A stretch of DNA of 39,075 nt from an uncultured Candidatus Altimarinota bacterium (GCA_937931775.1 CALHAQ010000010.1:1-39075), one strand, 5' to 3'. Shown: positions 1 through 11,293, counted from the stretch's first letter. The notes: generated by a model not told the origin, from the sequence alone. Numbers and translations: made by a program.

Positions 1-836
1 TCTATAGATAGTTCTGGCAAGAACCTTCTCTCACCTCTAAGTATAGTTGGAGAGTCGTTTCCATTTATATAGAATAGTGTTTTTTCAAACACCTCATTTT
101 CTAGAGATACATACGGTTGAAAGTTTGTTAAAACTTGATCCATTCCACCAATAAGGAGTAAGAAGGTTTCATACTGTCATTGTAAGTCAGTGAATTCTTG
201 ATGTGGGATTGTGATTTGTGAAAAAGGATTGTCTATATCTTGTAAACTCTCACAGGTATCAAATAATGTAGACATGATGTCTAGAATCCCTTTATTTATA
301 CATATTTGGTTATCAAGAGTCATCCAGTACCATCAAGCCTTTTCGCCTCTTTTATTTTGTCAGACATCTAAGTGTGTGATTTCGTCATACCCATCTCTCC
401 AATTACCTTCTGCATGTCAGTGTTGTTTCTGAAACATATCAACCTTTGTGAGCTGATGTCTTAGGTGATATAAGAAACCATATATATCTGAAGGACTTCA
501 TTTTTCTAAAGACGTAAGAGTAGCTTCTGGAATAGAGGGGTCAATTGTTATATTCTCAGGGTGTGTTATGTGGGGAGGTTTTCATAGTACACTTTTTCCT
601 TTTCTTTTTACTGTACTTATAAGTCATTCATTCACAAGCTGAGGCCATTTCTCTCCAGTAGTCAGAGATCTGTGACTTTCTATAAAGGGAACAGTTTTGT
701 GCGGTTGGTGAGCATCTGTCATGAGTACTGTTCCAGCAGCTCATCTTATAATGGCTACAGTTGGACTTACTACTTCATTATTAGTAAGATTCCCTGGAAT
801 ATGTGTTGTATTACTTGGTATTATTTTTGTGTTCAT
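1..836 (-). CDS. hypothetical protein, C-terminal end cut by the window edge
   Basis: ATG at 836. The frame has no TAA/TAG down to base 3 once in-frame TGAs are read as Gly. N-terminus is MNTKIIPSNTTHIPG. I do not recognise the family. Confidence 0.55.
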
Positions 837-1016
837 AATATGTAAATTAATATATAAAAAGTATTAAATAATACTTGTCAATATTATACTATCAACTTAG
901 GCATATGTCAATATATCAAAACATAAGTAAAAATATAGTATATTTTTGCTTTATATAAGTAATATGTTAGTATGTTGTAAGATTACGACAACATTTTTAA
1001 ATTATTATTAATACAT

Positions 1017-1745
1017 ATGAAAGCAATATTCTCATGACTTGGGATAGAAAAAGCAGATGGAGAAGTATATTTGAAACTCTTAGAGCTCTGAGCTCAGAGT
1101 ATTTCGGTGCTTGCAAAAAATTGTAATACACCCAGATCAAGTATGTATGTCATACTTGAGAGACTGAAACAGTCCTGAATTATAGAAGAGTTTCAAAGAT
1201 ATTCAAGAAAATATGTACGAGCTATAAACCCTGAAGAAATAGAAAATATCCTTTTAAAGAAAAAATTGGAAATTGATCATAGTGTAGAAATTCTTCACAA
1301 GAATATGAAAAGCCTCCAAGATCTTCAATCTGAGTATTCCTTTCGCCCAATTGTCCATTTTTTTGAAGGTGAGGATGAAGTCCGCGCTTTATATACAAAA
1401 GTACTATCTTATAAAGAATTTCAAGCAGTAGTGAATCCCTGACCACTTACAGACATTTTTTCTGATATTACTCAGGCAATAAAAACAAATAAAATACATG
1501 TAAGTGAGTTTATTACAAAATGAAAGAAATCAGATGAATATAATAGATTATATAGTTCTGATTTTCATAAAATAAAGAGCTTACCTGAGAGTTATATCTT
1601 TTCTTCGGATACTATTATCACACATGATTCTGTTTTCATGATTTCATACGATGGCACTCAGGTTTCAGGATTTCAAATCCAAAGTAGGTCTCTTGTAGAA
1701 ACCCAAAAAATCTTATTTGACTCTCTTTGGAATTCTATTTCTTAA
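1017..1745 (+). CDS. TrmB-like winged-helix transcriptional regulator
   Basis: 242-aa ORF with five in-frame TGA (Gly) and a TAA stop. The N-terminal LGIEKADGEVYLKLLELGAQSISVLAKNCNTPRSSMYVILERLKQSGIIEE resembles the TrmB HTH domain. Confidence 0.6.
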
Positions 1746-1755
1746 AATACACACT

Positions 1756-2043
1756 ATGTTTACACAGACGCAGAAAGTTTTAGAGTATCTCCAAACTATT
1801 CCGAGAGGGAAAGTGATGACGTATAGTTCTATAGCAAAGAGATTCGATACGCATCCTCGAGTTATAGCTACCATTATGAGGACGAATAAGCACCCTGAAA
1901 TATATCCCTGTTATAAAGTAGTAAATATAAAAGGAGAATTACTCTGATATAGTGCTGGAGGGCCAACTATCAAGAAAAGATTGTTACAAGCAGATGGTGT
2001 GAAGTTTATATCTGAGAGAGTAAGTTCAGAGTATATTATTTAG
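1756..2043 (+). CDS. MGMT-family protein (alkyltransferase DNA-binding/active-site domain only)
   Basis: 95 aa. IPRGKVMTYSSIAKR...HPRVIATIMRTN...YPCYKVV matches the HTH plus PCHRV-type loop, with Cys kept and His-Arg replaced by Tyr-Lys. Track fragment 1717..1947 continues through a TGA to TAG at 2041. Confidence 0.7.
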
Positions 2044-2142
2044 AAGATGCTTCTTAATAGTAAAATATTATATAATATAAAGATATTTGACATAATATAT
2101 ATATTACTTAAAGTAACTAAAAAATTAATTATATATTGATAT

Positions 2143-2805
2143 ATGAACTTCTTGATACCTCAAATATGTCATTCTCCTGAATGACCATCATGATGAACTA
2201 CTTTTACTATATCAACCACAGCAAAAGAAATTAATGAAGCATTGAGACATGGAGCTAAGTTTTTGAAACCTCTTCATAAAAATAGAAAATTTAGTATTTC
2301 TGGTGATAATATCTATGTACCTACACATGGAAATACATCAAGGAAAATTGATATAGCTACAGATGACGAGCGTTCTGGGGTTACAACAATAAAAAATAGC
2401 CTCACCCGAGAACTTGTCATCCTTATAAAATGAGAAAAAGATGAAATCGTCGCTCAAGACCAAAATGTTAAAAGATTAGCTCGTTTGCTCTTAAGGGTTG
2501 CGTGAAATAGTGATAATAGAAAATTTTTAAACGACTTTGCTCAATGGTTTAGTGATGATATTTCGGCTGTATCATGAATTTGAAAAGACTATGATATAAA
2601 GCGAGAAGGAACAATGAAAACACTTTATGAAAAACTTATTACAAGACTAGAATTTAGTACTGAAGATATAGATGTGATTTTAGCATTTTCTTGGGAATGG
2701 AAATCAACCTTTAGGCATGCAACATATGGTTGTAGAATGTGGATGATTATTACTTGTATTGTAAATATGATAGATTTAGACAAGGAGGATATAGCTTTCA
2801 AATAA
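2143..2805 (+). CDS. hypothetical protein (220 aa)
   Basis: Track fragments 2242..2433 and 2614..2805 share one frame with ATG 2143 and are joined by TGA codons. TAA stop, followed by a terminator. Confidence 0.5.
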
Positions 2806-2835
2806 AAAAGACTTACATATTGTAAGTCTTTTTTA
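2805..2835. terminator. bidirectional intrinsic terminator between convergent genes
   Basis: Perfect hairpin AAAAAAGACTTACA-tat-TGTAAGTCTTTTTT, with an A-run on one side and a T-run on the other. Confidence 0.7.
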
Positions 2836-2848
2836 TTCTGGGATATAT

Positions 2849-3268
2849 TTATATCCAAATAGAGATTATATATGAAGCTATTATGAGAGCTACGAGATTA
2901 AATCCTGAGAGGATCATAATTTTTGCAGCTTGCCACTCTTTTTTATCCGCACCCCATATTACTCCACTAATAATATTTGGAACCATGAATCCTATCCAAA
3001 TGAGAAGAGCAAGAGATAAAGCGCTATAATCAGGAATACTCACAATAAAAAAAGTAAGTACAGTAATCATAACGAGTGTACTGAGAGCTTCAAGAGCTAA
3101 CAGCTTGAAAATTCATTCTTCTTGTTTCTTCAGTTCTGCTTTACTGAGATTCTCCCAACCATGAATCTTCATCCAAAGGTTTCCAAAAATAGGACCAAAC
3201 CATAATGGAGCCAAAGCAAAAGTAATCACACTTACTACAACAATCATGAGCCAATTCATATCTATCAT
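2849..3268 (-). CDS. DUF1761-like small integral membrane protein
   Basis: 139 aa. Track ORF 2849..3070 extends upstream through one TGA to ATG 3268, and I checked the frame triplet by triplet. Hydrophobic throughout: MIDMNWLMIVVVSVITFALAPLWFGPIFGNLWMK. Confidence 0.6.
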
Positions 3269-3300
3269 AAGTAAAAAATTAGAATCTAAATAATATTTTA

Positions 3301-3579
3301 TTATATACTCTCTCCTTCAAAGAGCATTTCAGGCTTTCCATCTATAAGAGGGAATGCTTGAGATACAAGAGCCATTACTTCAGGGATTTGCATACTCGCT
3401 TTATGAGCCTCTGAGCTTTCCCATTCTTCGTATCCACAGATTGTATCCCCATCGATTGCCATATTATACTTAATACAACCTGGCATTTTCAGGTCTTCGA
3501 CTTGCGCGAGTAGTGCAGCAACTTTTGGACCATTTCCTTCTGTGAGCTTCATTTTAAATACTCCTACCCAATTTTTCAT
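3301..3579 (-). CDS. antibiotic-biosynthesis-monooxygenase (ABM) fold protein
   Basis: ...PGCIKYNMAIDGDTICGYEEWESSEAHKASMQ matches the ABM pattern (GC..Y....D......E.W.S..A...H). Start taken at the internal Met MKNWVG rather than the track start 3624. Confidence 0.55.
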   Translation of the reverse strand: MKNWVGVFKMKLTEGNGPKVAALLAQVEDLKMPGCIKYNMAIDGDTICGYEEWESSEAHKASMQIPEVMALVSQAFPLIDGKPEMLFEGESI

Positions 3580-3649
3580 AATAATTAAGTTATGTATATA
3601 AAAAACTAGAAGTATTATATACAAAATCTTATATTATAAAAATAATCAG

Positions 3650-4747
3650 TTGTATAAATATCTACTCACATCGTCTCTTGGACTTGAAGCGCTTGTAAAA
3701 AAAGAAGTTCAAAAACAAGACTATGAGATTAGTGAAGTGCAAGACAAGGCTATCTATTTCTTAGGATGAATCGAAGCTATAGCTCGAATGAACCTCTGGA
3801 GTCGATTTGGAAATGTCCTGTATCTTGTGCTATGAGAAGAAGAAAAAGTCAGAGATTTCGATGCGTATTTTGATATAGTGTATAAACAGGATTGGAAAAA
3901 ATATATCCCTGAGGGATATGAAGTAGTAGTAAATGCTACAGCTATTAAATCAGAACTTTGAGCTGTCTCTACTCTCCAGTGAGTAGCGAAAAAAGCTATT
4001 GTAAAGTCTCTTGTGGGAGAAGGGAAACTCAGAGAGAATACAGAAAAAGGAGTGGTGGAGATTAGAATTCTCATGGAAAACGATACTCTCAGAATACTCC
4101 TAAATACATCAGGAGTGGGACTTCATAGACGAGGATATAGGGAATTAACTGGACAGGCTCCTCTCAAAGAAAATGTTGCTGCAGCTCTCGTAATACTTTC
4201 TGGATGGAAGTTTAGAGAGCCACTATACGACCTGTTTTGTGGATCATGAACTATTGCAATAGAGGCTCTCATGATAGCAAAAAATGTAGCTCCGGGACTC
4301 AAAAGAAAATTCGCATTTCAAAACTGGAATTGGATCCCTAGGGAAGTAATGGAGGACGAAAAAAAGAGAGCTGTAGAGATGCAATTTGCATGAGAATACA
4401 AGATTTATGCAAGTGATATGAGAAAGGAAGTAGTAGAGTCTGCTAAGCGTAGTGCAAGCTTCGCTGGATTTTCATGAGAAATAGAATTTAGTTGTCAGGA
4501 CTACAAGGAAGCTATTCGTAAGGGTATTTCAGGATACATAGTATCTAATCCTCCTTATGGACTGAGACTTGACGAGGATGATTCAGAAGGGATTCATAAA
4601 GGATTAGCAGAGTATTTTACGCAGCCAAATATCCTCTGAGGAATTATCTCATCAGATCTCGAATTTGAGAAACGATCAAAAACGAAATACAAAAAAAGAA
4701 AGCTCTACAATTGATGAGAGCTTTGCTATTTTTATAAAAAGATTTAG
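3650..4747 (+). CDS. THUMP-domain class I SAM-dependent RNA methyltransferase (RlmL/COG0116-like)
   Basis: Motif I DLFCGSGTIAIEA and motif IV IVSNPPYGLRL. The N-terminus LLTSSLGLEALVKKEV is typical of the family. No in-frame ATG is available, so the start is inferred at TTG 3650. Several TGA=Gly. TAG stop at 4745. Confidence 0.75.
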
Positions 4748-4794
4748 GCTGCAAGTTGAGATTTATCAGAATTATCCCCACGATTTACTCAAAG

Positions 4795-5886
4795 TCATTT
4801 GTAAATCCCTGTAATGGTATTAGCAAGTATATTTTTTAGTCCAATTACTTCGATAAAGTCAGGAAGGTCTTGCTTATTAATTGAATCACTTATAAATATT
4901 TTCTTAATTATATCAGGATATTTATCTTTTATCCCTGATAGTCTTTCTATAGCTTTTCCATTTAACATACCATGAGTAATAGCTATTGTGATACTTTTAG
5001 GTTTAAGCAGTATAATTTCTTCGATGAGTTTTTCCATTGTTCCTCAAGTATCAAGCATATCATCATGAATTACTATATCTCTTCATTCTACATCTCCATA
5101 TACATCTATTTGATCAACAGAATTAGGTATAGAGTAGTCTCTATCTTTGATTACATTGATATGTTTTAACTCTAATGTTTTTGCTATAGCAGCTGTAGTT
5201 TTTGCTCATCACTGGTCAGCTCAAGATAGTGTTAAGTTATTCCTTGTAAGTCGTGATCTATTAATTGCTTCTTCAACAAACCATCCAGTGTATAAATTTA
5301 TAAAGTTTGTTCATTTAAATGCACTTTTGGATGCAGGATTATGAATATCTATATTTATACAATAACCGTCTCTTTGAGTCATATCTGCAATCCACTGTCC
5401 AATTATGTCTATTGATGCTGATTGTCGTTTCTCAGGAGTAGTTTTATCTTGCCTTGCATATGGAATACAAGACTGAACAAGATTTACAGTTCGAGCCCCA
5501 TTATCACGAATAGAACCCAAGAGAAGAAGATCGTGTAATAGTTTTTTATCAAGATCATTTTTACGAACAATTCCATCAGTTGATTCATAGTCACCACTTG
5601 GATCAGAAAAAAGATAAACATGTTTCCCTCTGACACTCTCATTGAGAGTTGATATTGATTCTCAACATTCGAAACTCTCATAATCAGGCATGACATCCAG
5701 AGTTACTGTTTCATTTCGAGCAATATCGGAACCATTCTTTCTTGCTAAGTCTAAGATTGCTTGGATTTGAGTCTGGACAGCTCTAGCTAACTTTTCAGTA
5801 TCAGGTGTTGCAACTAAATGAAGTCAAAATGTATTTGTAATTTTTCCTTGTACAAATCTATCGAGTGCAGATGCTCAATTTGACAT
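4795..5886 (-). CDS. prs: ribose-phosphate pyrophosphokinase
   Basis: IPYARQDK, DMLDTGGT (second Gly is TGA at complement 5044..5046) and the C-terminal AITHGML. Track fragments 4795..5037 and 5311..5520 share the frame. Confidence 0.85.
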
Positions 5887-5967
5887 AAATATAATAATTA
5901 TGAATTATATAACAGGTCTTTAATACTTATTTAATCAGAGAAAGCAATTATATGGTTATATTATATG

Positions 5968-6795
5968 TTAATAATATGTCAAATACTTCTTGAATTCTTC
6001 AGAAGAAATCACTATTCATGTATGAGTAATGATCAGCGCTTCTAAATCAGAAATATTCTCTAAGATATCTCTTCATGCGTGCTGACTTGCTGCAAAAAGC
6101 GTTGTAGCAAATGCATCAGCGTAGATTCATAGTGGATGAGAAACAAATACTCAGTTGTGCTCATCAATCGAATTTTTGATATGGTGTCCTGTCTTGAGCT
6201 GCCTCTTGTTTCCTGAGCTTGAGCAGAGAGCTCAAGAATTGAGTGTATATTTTCCGAGAGATTTTTCAGGATCTAGGGGATCTTCTAAGCCTATTTCAAA
6301 GCTTCATTTGCAACGAATATCTCAACCGAAGTTAAGAAGAAATCTATCAAAGTGAGGAGCAAGTATATCAAATACTCTATCGAGCATGTATCACTTTCAG
6401 AGTCCTCAGAATTCTATAGAGATATTATTATGAAGTATTAGCTGGGAATCTGTAATCTCGATGTACCGAGTTCAAATGTTTTCAGGAAGGATAGATTCTG
6501 ATATTCAGTAACCATCATTTTCGAGTAGAGGGAGAAGAGTAATATCGAATACTCATTTACTTATTTCATGAACCTCAAGAGATATTTTCAAAAGATATTT
6601 GAGTTCCTCATCGAGAACAGCCTTTTTAGTATGATTCAGCTCTGAGAGAAAATTACCTGAAATGAAACGAGAGTATTTCTGTTCAAACTTTTCTACTCGC
6701 AAAAAACACTCACGAATAATATCTTCATGAGCGCTTTTGCTATCTATATATATTTCTAGAAGTGTTCAAAGAGCTTCTAAGGAATACTTTTTCAT
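5968..6795 (-). CDS. apbE: FAD:protein FMN transferase (ApbE family)
   Basis: 275 aa with GGLGKGYMLDRV, NFGGDIR, SSSGNKRQ...GHHI and ADAFATTLF, which are typical ApbE motifs. ATG 6795 lies 3 nt after the upstream gene's stop. Confidence 0.8.
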
Positions 6796-6798
6796 GAT

Positions 6799-7425
6799 TT
6801 ACATATTTTTAAGGGCTGCTTTGAAAGCATTTGTAGTGAGACTTGCTCCTGATACAATCCCTATTTCACTTGCTTCTTCAATAGTGAGACCATTTGTAGC
6901 ATTATTGATACTATTTGCGAAACTACTAATATATTTTTGTCATACATTTCCTGCCTCTATGACAGATATATCTATATTTTGAATCTTCCCATCAGAAGTA
7001 TTTATACTAAGAGAAAAGCTTTCAGGACCACCTGGTGAGCTGTAGTTTTGAGTCAGATTGATAGTCTTTTCTTCAGGAATGTTAGCACTTTCTTCTTCTG
7101 GGGCAGGTGTTGTGGGAATAACTTCTTGCTTCACCTCTTCTACAGGTATTTCAAGAACCTCAGGAGTTGTCTCTGTTTTCTCCATAGCTTCAGGAGCATT
7201 CTCTTCTGTTTGAATTTCAACCTCTTCTGTATTCTTATCTTCTATTTTTTCGTTATCTTCATCTATTTCTTCTTCTACCTCTTGCTCTATTTGAGCATCT
7301 TTTGGAGTAATCACTTCAACTTTTGGAAGTTCATTAGTTTTGGTTTCCTCTATAGATGTAGTACTTCCACAACTTGTAAGAAATATGATCAGTGCAAGAA
7401 CGATAATAGTTTGAGTAGACTTCAT
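6799..7425 (-). CDS. lipoprotein with acidic linker and C-terminal FMN-binding (FMN_bind) domain
   Basis: Signal peptide with lipobox MKSTQTIIVLALIIFLTSC, then a Glu-rich linker. The C-terminal domain ends ...EIGIVSGASLTTNAFKAALKNM, an [ST]GA[ST] flavinylation-type motif. Track ORF 6940..7452 continues through TGA 6940..6942 to TAA 6799. Confidence 0.65.
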
Positions 7426-7497
7426 AATACATGGATTAAAAAACAATATCACCTAAATGATACTGTTTTCCTCATAAAATCAAGAATTTAAGATGAT

Positions 7498-8565
7498 TTA
7501 GAATTGCTCATTGAGCTTAAGTTTGTTTTGGTAAAACATTCTTGAGCTTGATACTCCAAATCTTTGTGCTGCAATTCTATCGATTCCCATTCAAAATGCA
7601 AAACCAGAATATTTCTTTGAATCTATTCCACATCACTCAAGTACTGTAGGGTGTACCATACCTGAACCAAGCAGTTCCACCCAACCAGTTCAGCTGCACA
7701 TACTGCATTTCTTTCCTTTTGCCTCTCCGGATCAATTACAAATTTGGCAACTTACATCTACTTCCGCGCTTGGCTCAGTAAATGGGAATATACTTGGCCG
7801 GAATCTTAGCTCAGTTTTTTCTCCTAAAAGTTGCTTCATAACGGTATCAAGAGTCCACTTAAGGTCCCCAAATGTTACTCCTTCTCCTACTACGAGTCCT
7901 TCAAGTTGATAGAAATTACAAGTATGCCGAGCATCCTCTTGTTCATAGCGAAATACTCTTCCTGGAACAATAATCTTTATAGGAAGTTCTTGACTCATCA
8001 TAGTTCTTATTTGCACAGGAGATGTATGAGTTCTCAGAAGAAGTCTTTCTCAAATATCTTTATTTTTATTAACATCATCACTAATCCAGAATGTATCCCA
8101 GACATCTCGGGCTGGATGGTTATGAGGAATATTGAGTTTATCAAAGTTATGGAGTTCATCTTCAACCTGAGGACCATCCTCTATTTTGAATCCAAGAGAA
8201 ATAAATATATCTTCGAGCAATTCTGTCGTATGAGATATAGGATGCTTATGACCGAGATTTTCTGATGGATATCCTATCGTTACATCAATTGCTTCATCTG
8301 ATTCTACTTGCGCAAAAGCAGCAAGTTCTATTTCTCATGCTTTATTAGCAAGCTTTATCATGAAATCCTTCTTCATTTCATTCGCTGCAACTCCCACAGT
8401 TTTCTTATCCTCTATAGAGAGGTCTTTTACACCCGCAAGAATAGCCTTGAGTTTTCCTTTTTTTCCTAGATAGTCTGATTCTAACTGCTTGAGCGAAGCC
8501 TCACTATCTATAGTAGCTAGACTTGCTATAAATTCTTCCTGTAATCTTTGTAGTTGTTGTTTCAT
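7498..8565 (-). CDS. pheS: phenylalanine--tRNA ligase alpha subunit
   Basis: FRYEQEDARHTCNFYQLEG, FPFTEPSAEVDV, a CQICNGSGEAKGKKCSMCSGTGW zinc knuckle, and GSGMVHPTVL...GFAFGMGIDRIA. Fragments joined by TGA=Gly. Confidence 0.9.
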
Positions 8566-8702
8566 GATAACGGTATTACTATTTTACTTATAATGGTATG
8601 GATGATAAGCAAGTAGGAGGGAATTGCAAGACTATAGAGTAAGGAAAAATCTTCTATGATATATATAATTAAAAAAACATATAAAAAACTCTAAAAAATG
8701 TT

Positions 8703-8730
8703 TTGACAATAGTTTATATTTTCATAGAAT
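8703..8730 (+). promoter_or_regulatory. candidate sigma70-type promoter of the ribosomal protein operon
   Basis: TTGACA (8703..8708), 16 nt, TAGAAT (8725..8730), about 120 nt upstream of rplC. Confidence 0.5.
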
Positions 8731-8770
8731 CTCCGGGCTTTAAGGAAATTTCCCCTCAAGACGTGGGAAT

Positions 8771-8835
8771 ATGAAGAGGTTATGTTAGACTACTTTCACA
8801 TGTGAAAATAAGTTTAACCTCTAGCTTTATTTTTA
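8771..8835 (+). promoter_or_regulatory. structured 5' leader of rplC (nested stem-loops followed by a T-rich tract)
   Basis: Outer stem AGAGGTTA (8775..8782) / TAACCTCT (8815..8822) encloses the 14-nt palindrome TTTCACATGTGAAA (8794..8807). Followed by AGCTTTATTTTTAT. Confidence 0.35.
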
Positions 8836-8850
8836 TAAAAAATACTATAA

Positions 8851-9453
8851 ATGGCTGGATTGCTTGCTCGAAAAATCGAGATGACAAGAGTTATTAAAGG
8901 GGACAAATTTGTTCCTGTAACTCTATTAGAACTCCCAAAAATGCAGGTTGTTGGTTATAAAACAGCTGAAAAAGATGGATATAGCGCTATCATAGTTGGT
9001 ATTGTTGGTAAGGAAGAATCAAAACTTGCGAAAGGAAAGTCAGCGCTTTGCGTGAAGAATTTCTCACAGGTAAGTGAATTCCGAATTGAACAATCTGATG
9101 AAGGAGCAAAAGAAGTTGGTAGTGAGCTTGGGTTTGCTGACCTAGAAGGAGTGAAAACAATTAGCTTCTCAAGTATCTCTAAAGGTAGAGGTTTTGCAGG
9201 AGCAATGAAAAGACATAACTTCCATGGTGGTCCTGGTGGACACGGTTCTAAGTTTCATAGAGCCCTAGGTTCTATCGGTAATAGAAAACCAACAAGAACA
9301 CATAAAGGAAAAAAGATGCACGGACATTACGGTGTTGATAAAAATACTCTCAGAGATGTGCCTCTAGAAATAGTAAATCAGGAAGCTGGTATTATCGGTG
9401 TGAGAGGTCCAGTTCCTGGAGCGAGAAATTCGCTTGTTCATATTTATCTTTAA
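8851..9453 (+). CDS. rplC: 50S ribosomal protein L3
   Basis: Intact ORF with clear L3 sequence: ...GRGFAGAMKRHNFHGGPGGHGS. Confidence 0.95.
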   Translation: MAGLLARKIEMTRVIKGDKFVPVTLLELPKMQVVGYKTAEKDGYSAIIVGIVGKEESKLAKGKSALCVKNFSQVSEFRIEQSDEGAKEVGSELGFADLEGVKTISFSSISKGRGFAGAMKRHNFHGGPGGHGSKFHRALGSIGNRKPTRTHKGKKMHGHYGVDKNTLRDVPLEIVNQEAGIIGVRGPVPGARNSLVHIYL

Positions 9454-9471
9454 TACATTAAAACAGTAACA

Positions 9472-10095
9472 ATGAATACGAAAGTATACGACATGAAATG
9501 AAAAGAGAGCGGAACAGCTACTCTTAACAAAGATGTTTTTGGTGTAGAGGTAAATGAAGGACTGATTCACAGAGCACTCATACTTCAACTAGCAAACGCA
9601 AGAGTTGCAATAGCTCACACAAAAACAAGAGGAGAAAGAAGAGGTTCTACAAGAAAGATCTACAGACAAAAAGGTACCGGTAGAGCAAGAATGGGATCAA
9701 ATAGATCTCCAATTAGAAAAAAAGGTTGAGTAGCCTTCGGTCCAAGGAATGACAGAAACTTTACGCTCACTATGAATAGAAAAGAGAGACAAAAAGCTTT
9801 ATTCTGTGCTCTTTCTTCGAAAGTAGCATCTAAATCTCTTGTAGTTGTAAAAAAACTTGAGATGAAAGAGGCTAAAACAAAAACAATGAATACTATAATG
9901 AATGCTCTGCCACTTGGAAAAACAGCACTTGTAGCGCTTCATGAAAAAAATGAAACAGTAGAGAACTCTATATCTAACCTGAAGAATGCAAAATATGTAC
10001 AAACTTCATACTTAAATATGGCTGACCTACTTAAATTTGAAACATTAGTTCTTACAGAGGACTCACTTAAACAACTAAATGCACTAACTGCATAA
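9472..10095 (+). CDS. rplD: 50S ribosomal protein L4
   Basis: MNTKVYDMKGKESG...[27 protein letters not shown]. ATG 9472 is in frame with track ORF 9772..10095 through two TGA=Gly. Confidence 0.92.
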
Positions 10096-10119
10096 TTACT
10101 TACTTTTTACTATAGGATC

Positions 10120-10416
10120 ATGAGACTGTATAAAATATTACAAAAACCGATTGTAACAGAGAAAACTGCAAATATGCAAATTGGACAACCTAGATATGGA
10201 TTTGTCGTTGCTCCAGATGCTACAAAGATAGATATCAAAGTTGCTATAAAAGAACTCTATGGAGTTGATGTTGTAAAAGTAAATATCTTAAATGCGCGTG
10301 CGAAACATAAGAACGGACGAAAAGTAAAAAAGCAATTAAAGAGAAGGTGTGAAAGAAAAGCATATGTAACACTCAAAAATGCTTCAGATACAATTGATGT
10401 AACAATCGTTAAATAA
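10120..10416 (+). CDS. rplW: 50S ribosomal protein L23
   Basis: Intact ORF. LQKPIVTEKT... is typical of L23. Confidence 0.92.
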   Translation: MRLYKILQKPIVTEKTANMQIGQPRYGFVVAPDATKIDIKVAIKELYGVDVVKVNILNARAKHKNGRKVKKQLKRRCERKAYVTLKNASDTIDVTIVK

Positions 10417-10447
10417 TACCAAAAGATTTATATCTAAAAATTAACCA

Positions 10448-11293
10448 ATGGGACTTAAAAAATTTAAACCAACTACACCCGGAAGAAGAGGAATGACAGG
10501 AATAGACTATAGTGATCTTACTGCAACTACTCCAAACAAAGCTCTTACGACTACTCTCAAGAAGAATGCCGGGAGAAATAATACTGGTAGAATTACTATT
10601 AGACATAAAGGATCAGGTCATGCAAAAAGATATAGACTTGTAGATTTCTTTATGACAGATAAAAAAGATATTCCTGCAAAAATTGAAACAGTAGAATATG
10701 ATCCATATAGATCAGCATTTATTGCTCTGGTATGCTATAGTGATGGTGAGAGAAGATATGTTCTTGCTCATGATGAGGTAAAGGTATGAGATACTATCAT
10801 TACTGCTGAGAAAGCAAAACTTGCTTCTGGAAATAGAATGGAGATTGGAAATATACCAGTTGGTCTCAAGGTTCATAATGTAGAACTTATCGTTGGGCAA
10901 GGTTCTTCATCGGTAAGATCAGCAGGATCGTCAGCACAAGTTTTCTCTCAAGAATGAGATTACACACAGCTGAAATTACCATCTGGAGAAATTAGACTCA
11001 TACATAAAAAATGTTACGCAACACTCGGAAGAGTATCAAATCCTGATCATAACATGGTTACCATTGGTAAAGCTGGTAGATCGAGATGGATGGGTAAAAG
11101 ACCTACTGTAAGAGGTAAGGCTATGAATCCAGTTGATCATCCACATGGTGGTTGAGAAGGAAGAAGTCCTATTGGTATGAAGGCACCGAAAACTCCTTGG
11201 GGTAAGGTTGCTCTCTGAAAGAAGACAAGAAGTAGAAAGAAGACAACTGGAAAATGGATTCTCAAAACGAGAAAAGGGAAACTCATGATGTAA
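10448..11293 (+). CDS. rplB: 50S ribosomal protein L2
   Basis: 281 aa. Conserved HPHGGGEG with the third Gly encoded by TGA at 11153..11155. TAA at 11291. Confidence 0.95.

Noticed and set aside
1-836. The AHQP motif near the N-terminus and the adjacent TrmB-type (sugar) regulator suggested a GH57-type glycoside hydrolase.
   Set aside because: I could not place the other GH57 conserved regions convincingly by eye, so it is left as hypothetical. A profile search would decide.
3754-4074. 106-aa minus-strand ORF.
   Set aside because: It is antisense to the THUMP methyltransferase, whose frame carries clear family motifs.
7048-7491. 147-aa plus-strand ORF in the track.
   Set aside because: It is antisense to the Glu-rich linker of the FMN-binding lipoprotein. 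The translation is low-complexity Phe/Leu-rich and is an artefact of the GAA-rich opposite strand.
9472-9484. ATGAATACGAAAG at the rplD start, and MNTK at the start of the gene ending at 836, as further copies of the ATGAATACA leader element.
   Set aside because: These are the starts of long genes with no following terminator. The resemblance probably reflects a general preference for A-rich AAT-ACN-AAA/CAA codons after the AUG in this genome. This also tempers how much weight the shared 5' end of the mini-ORFs can carry.
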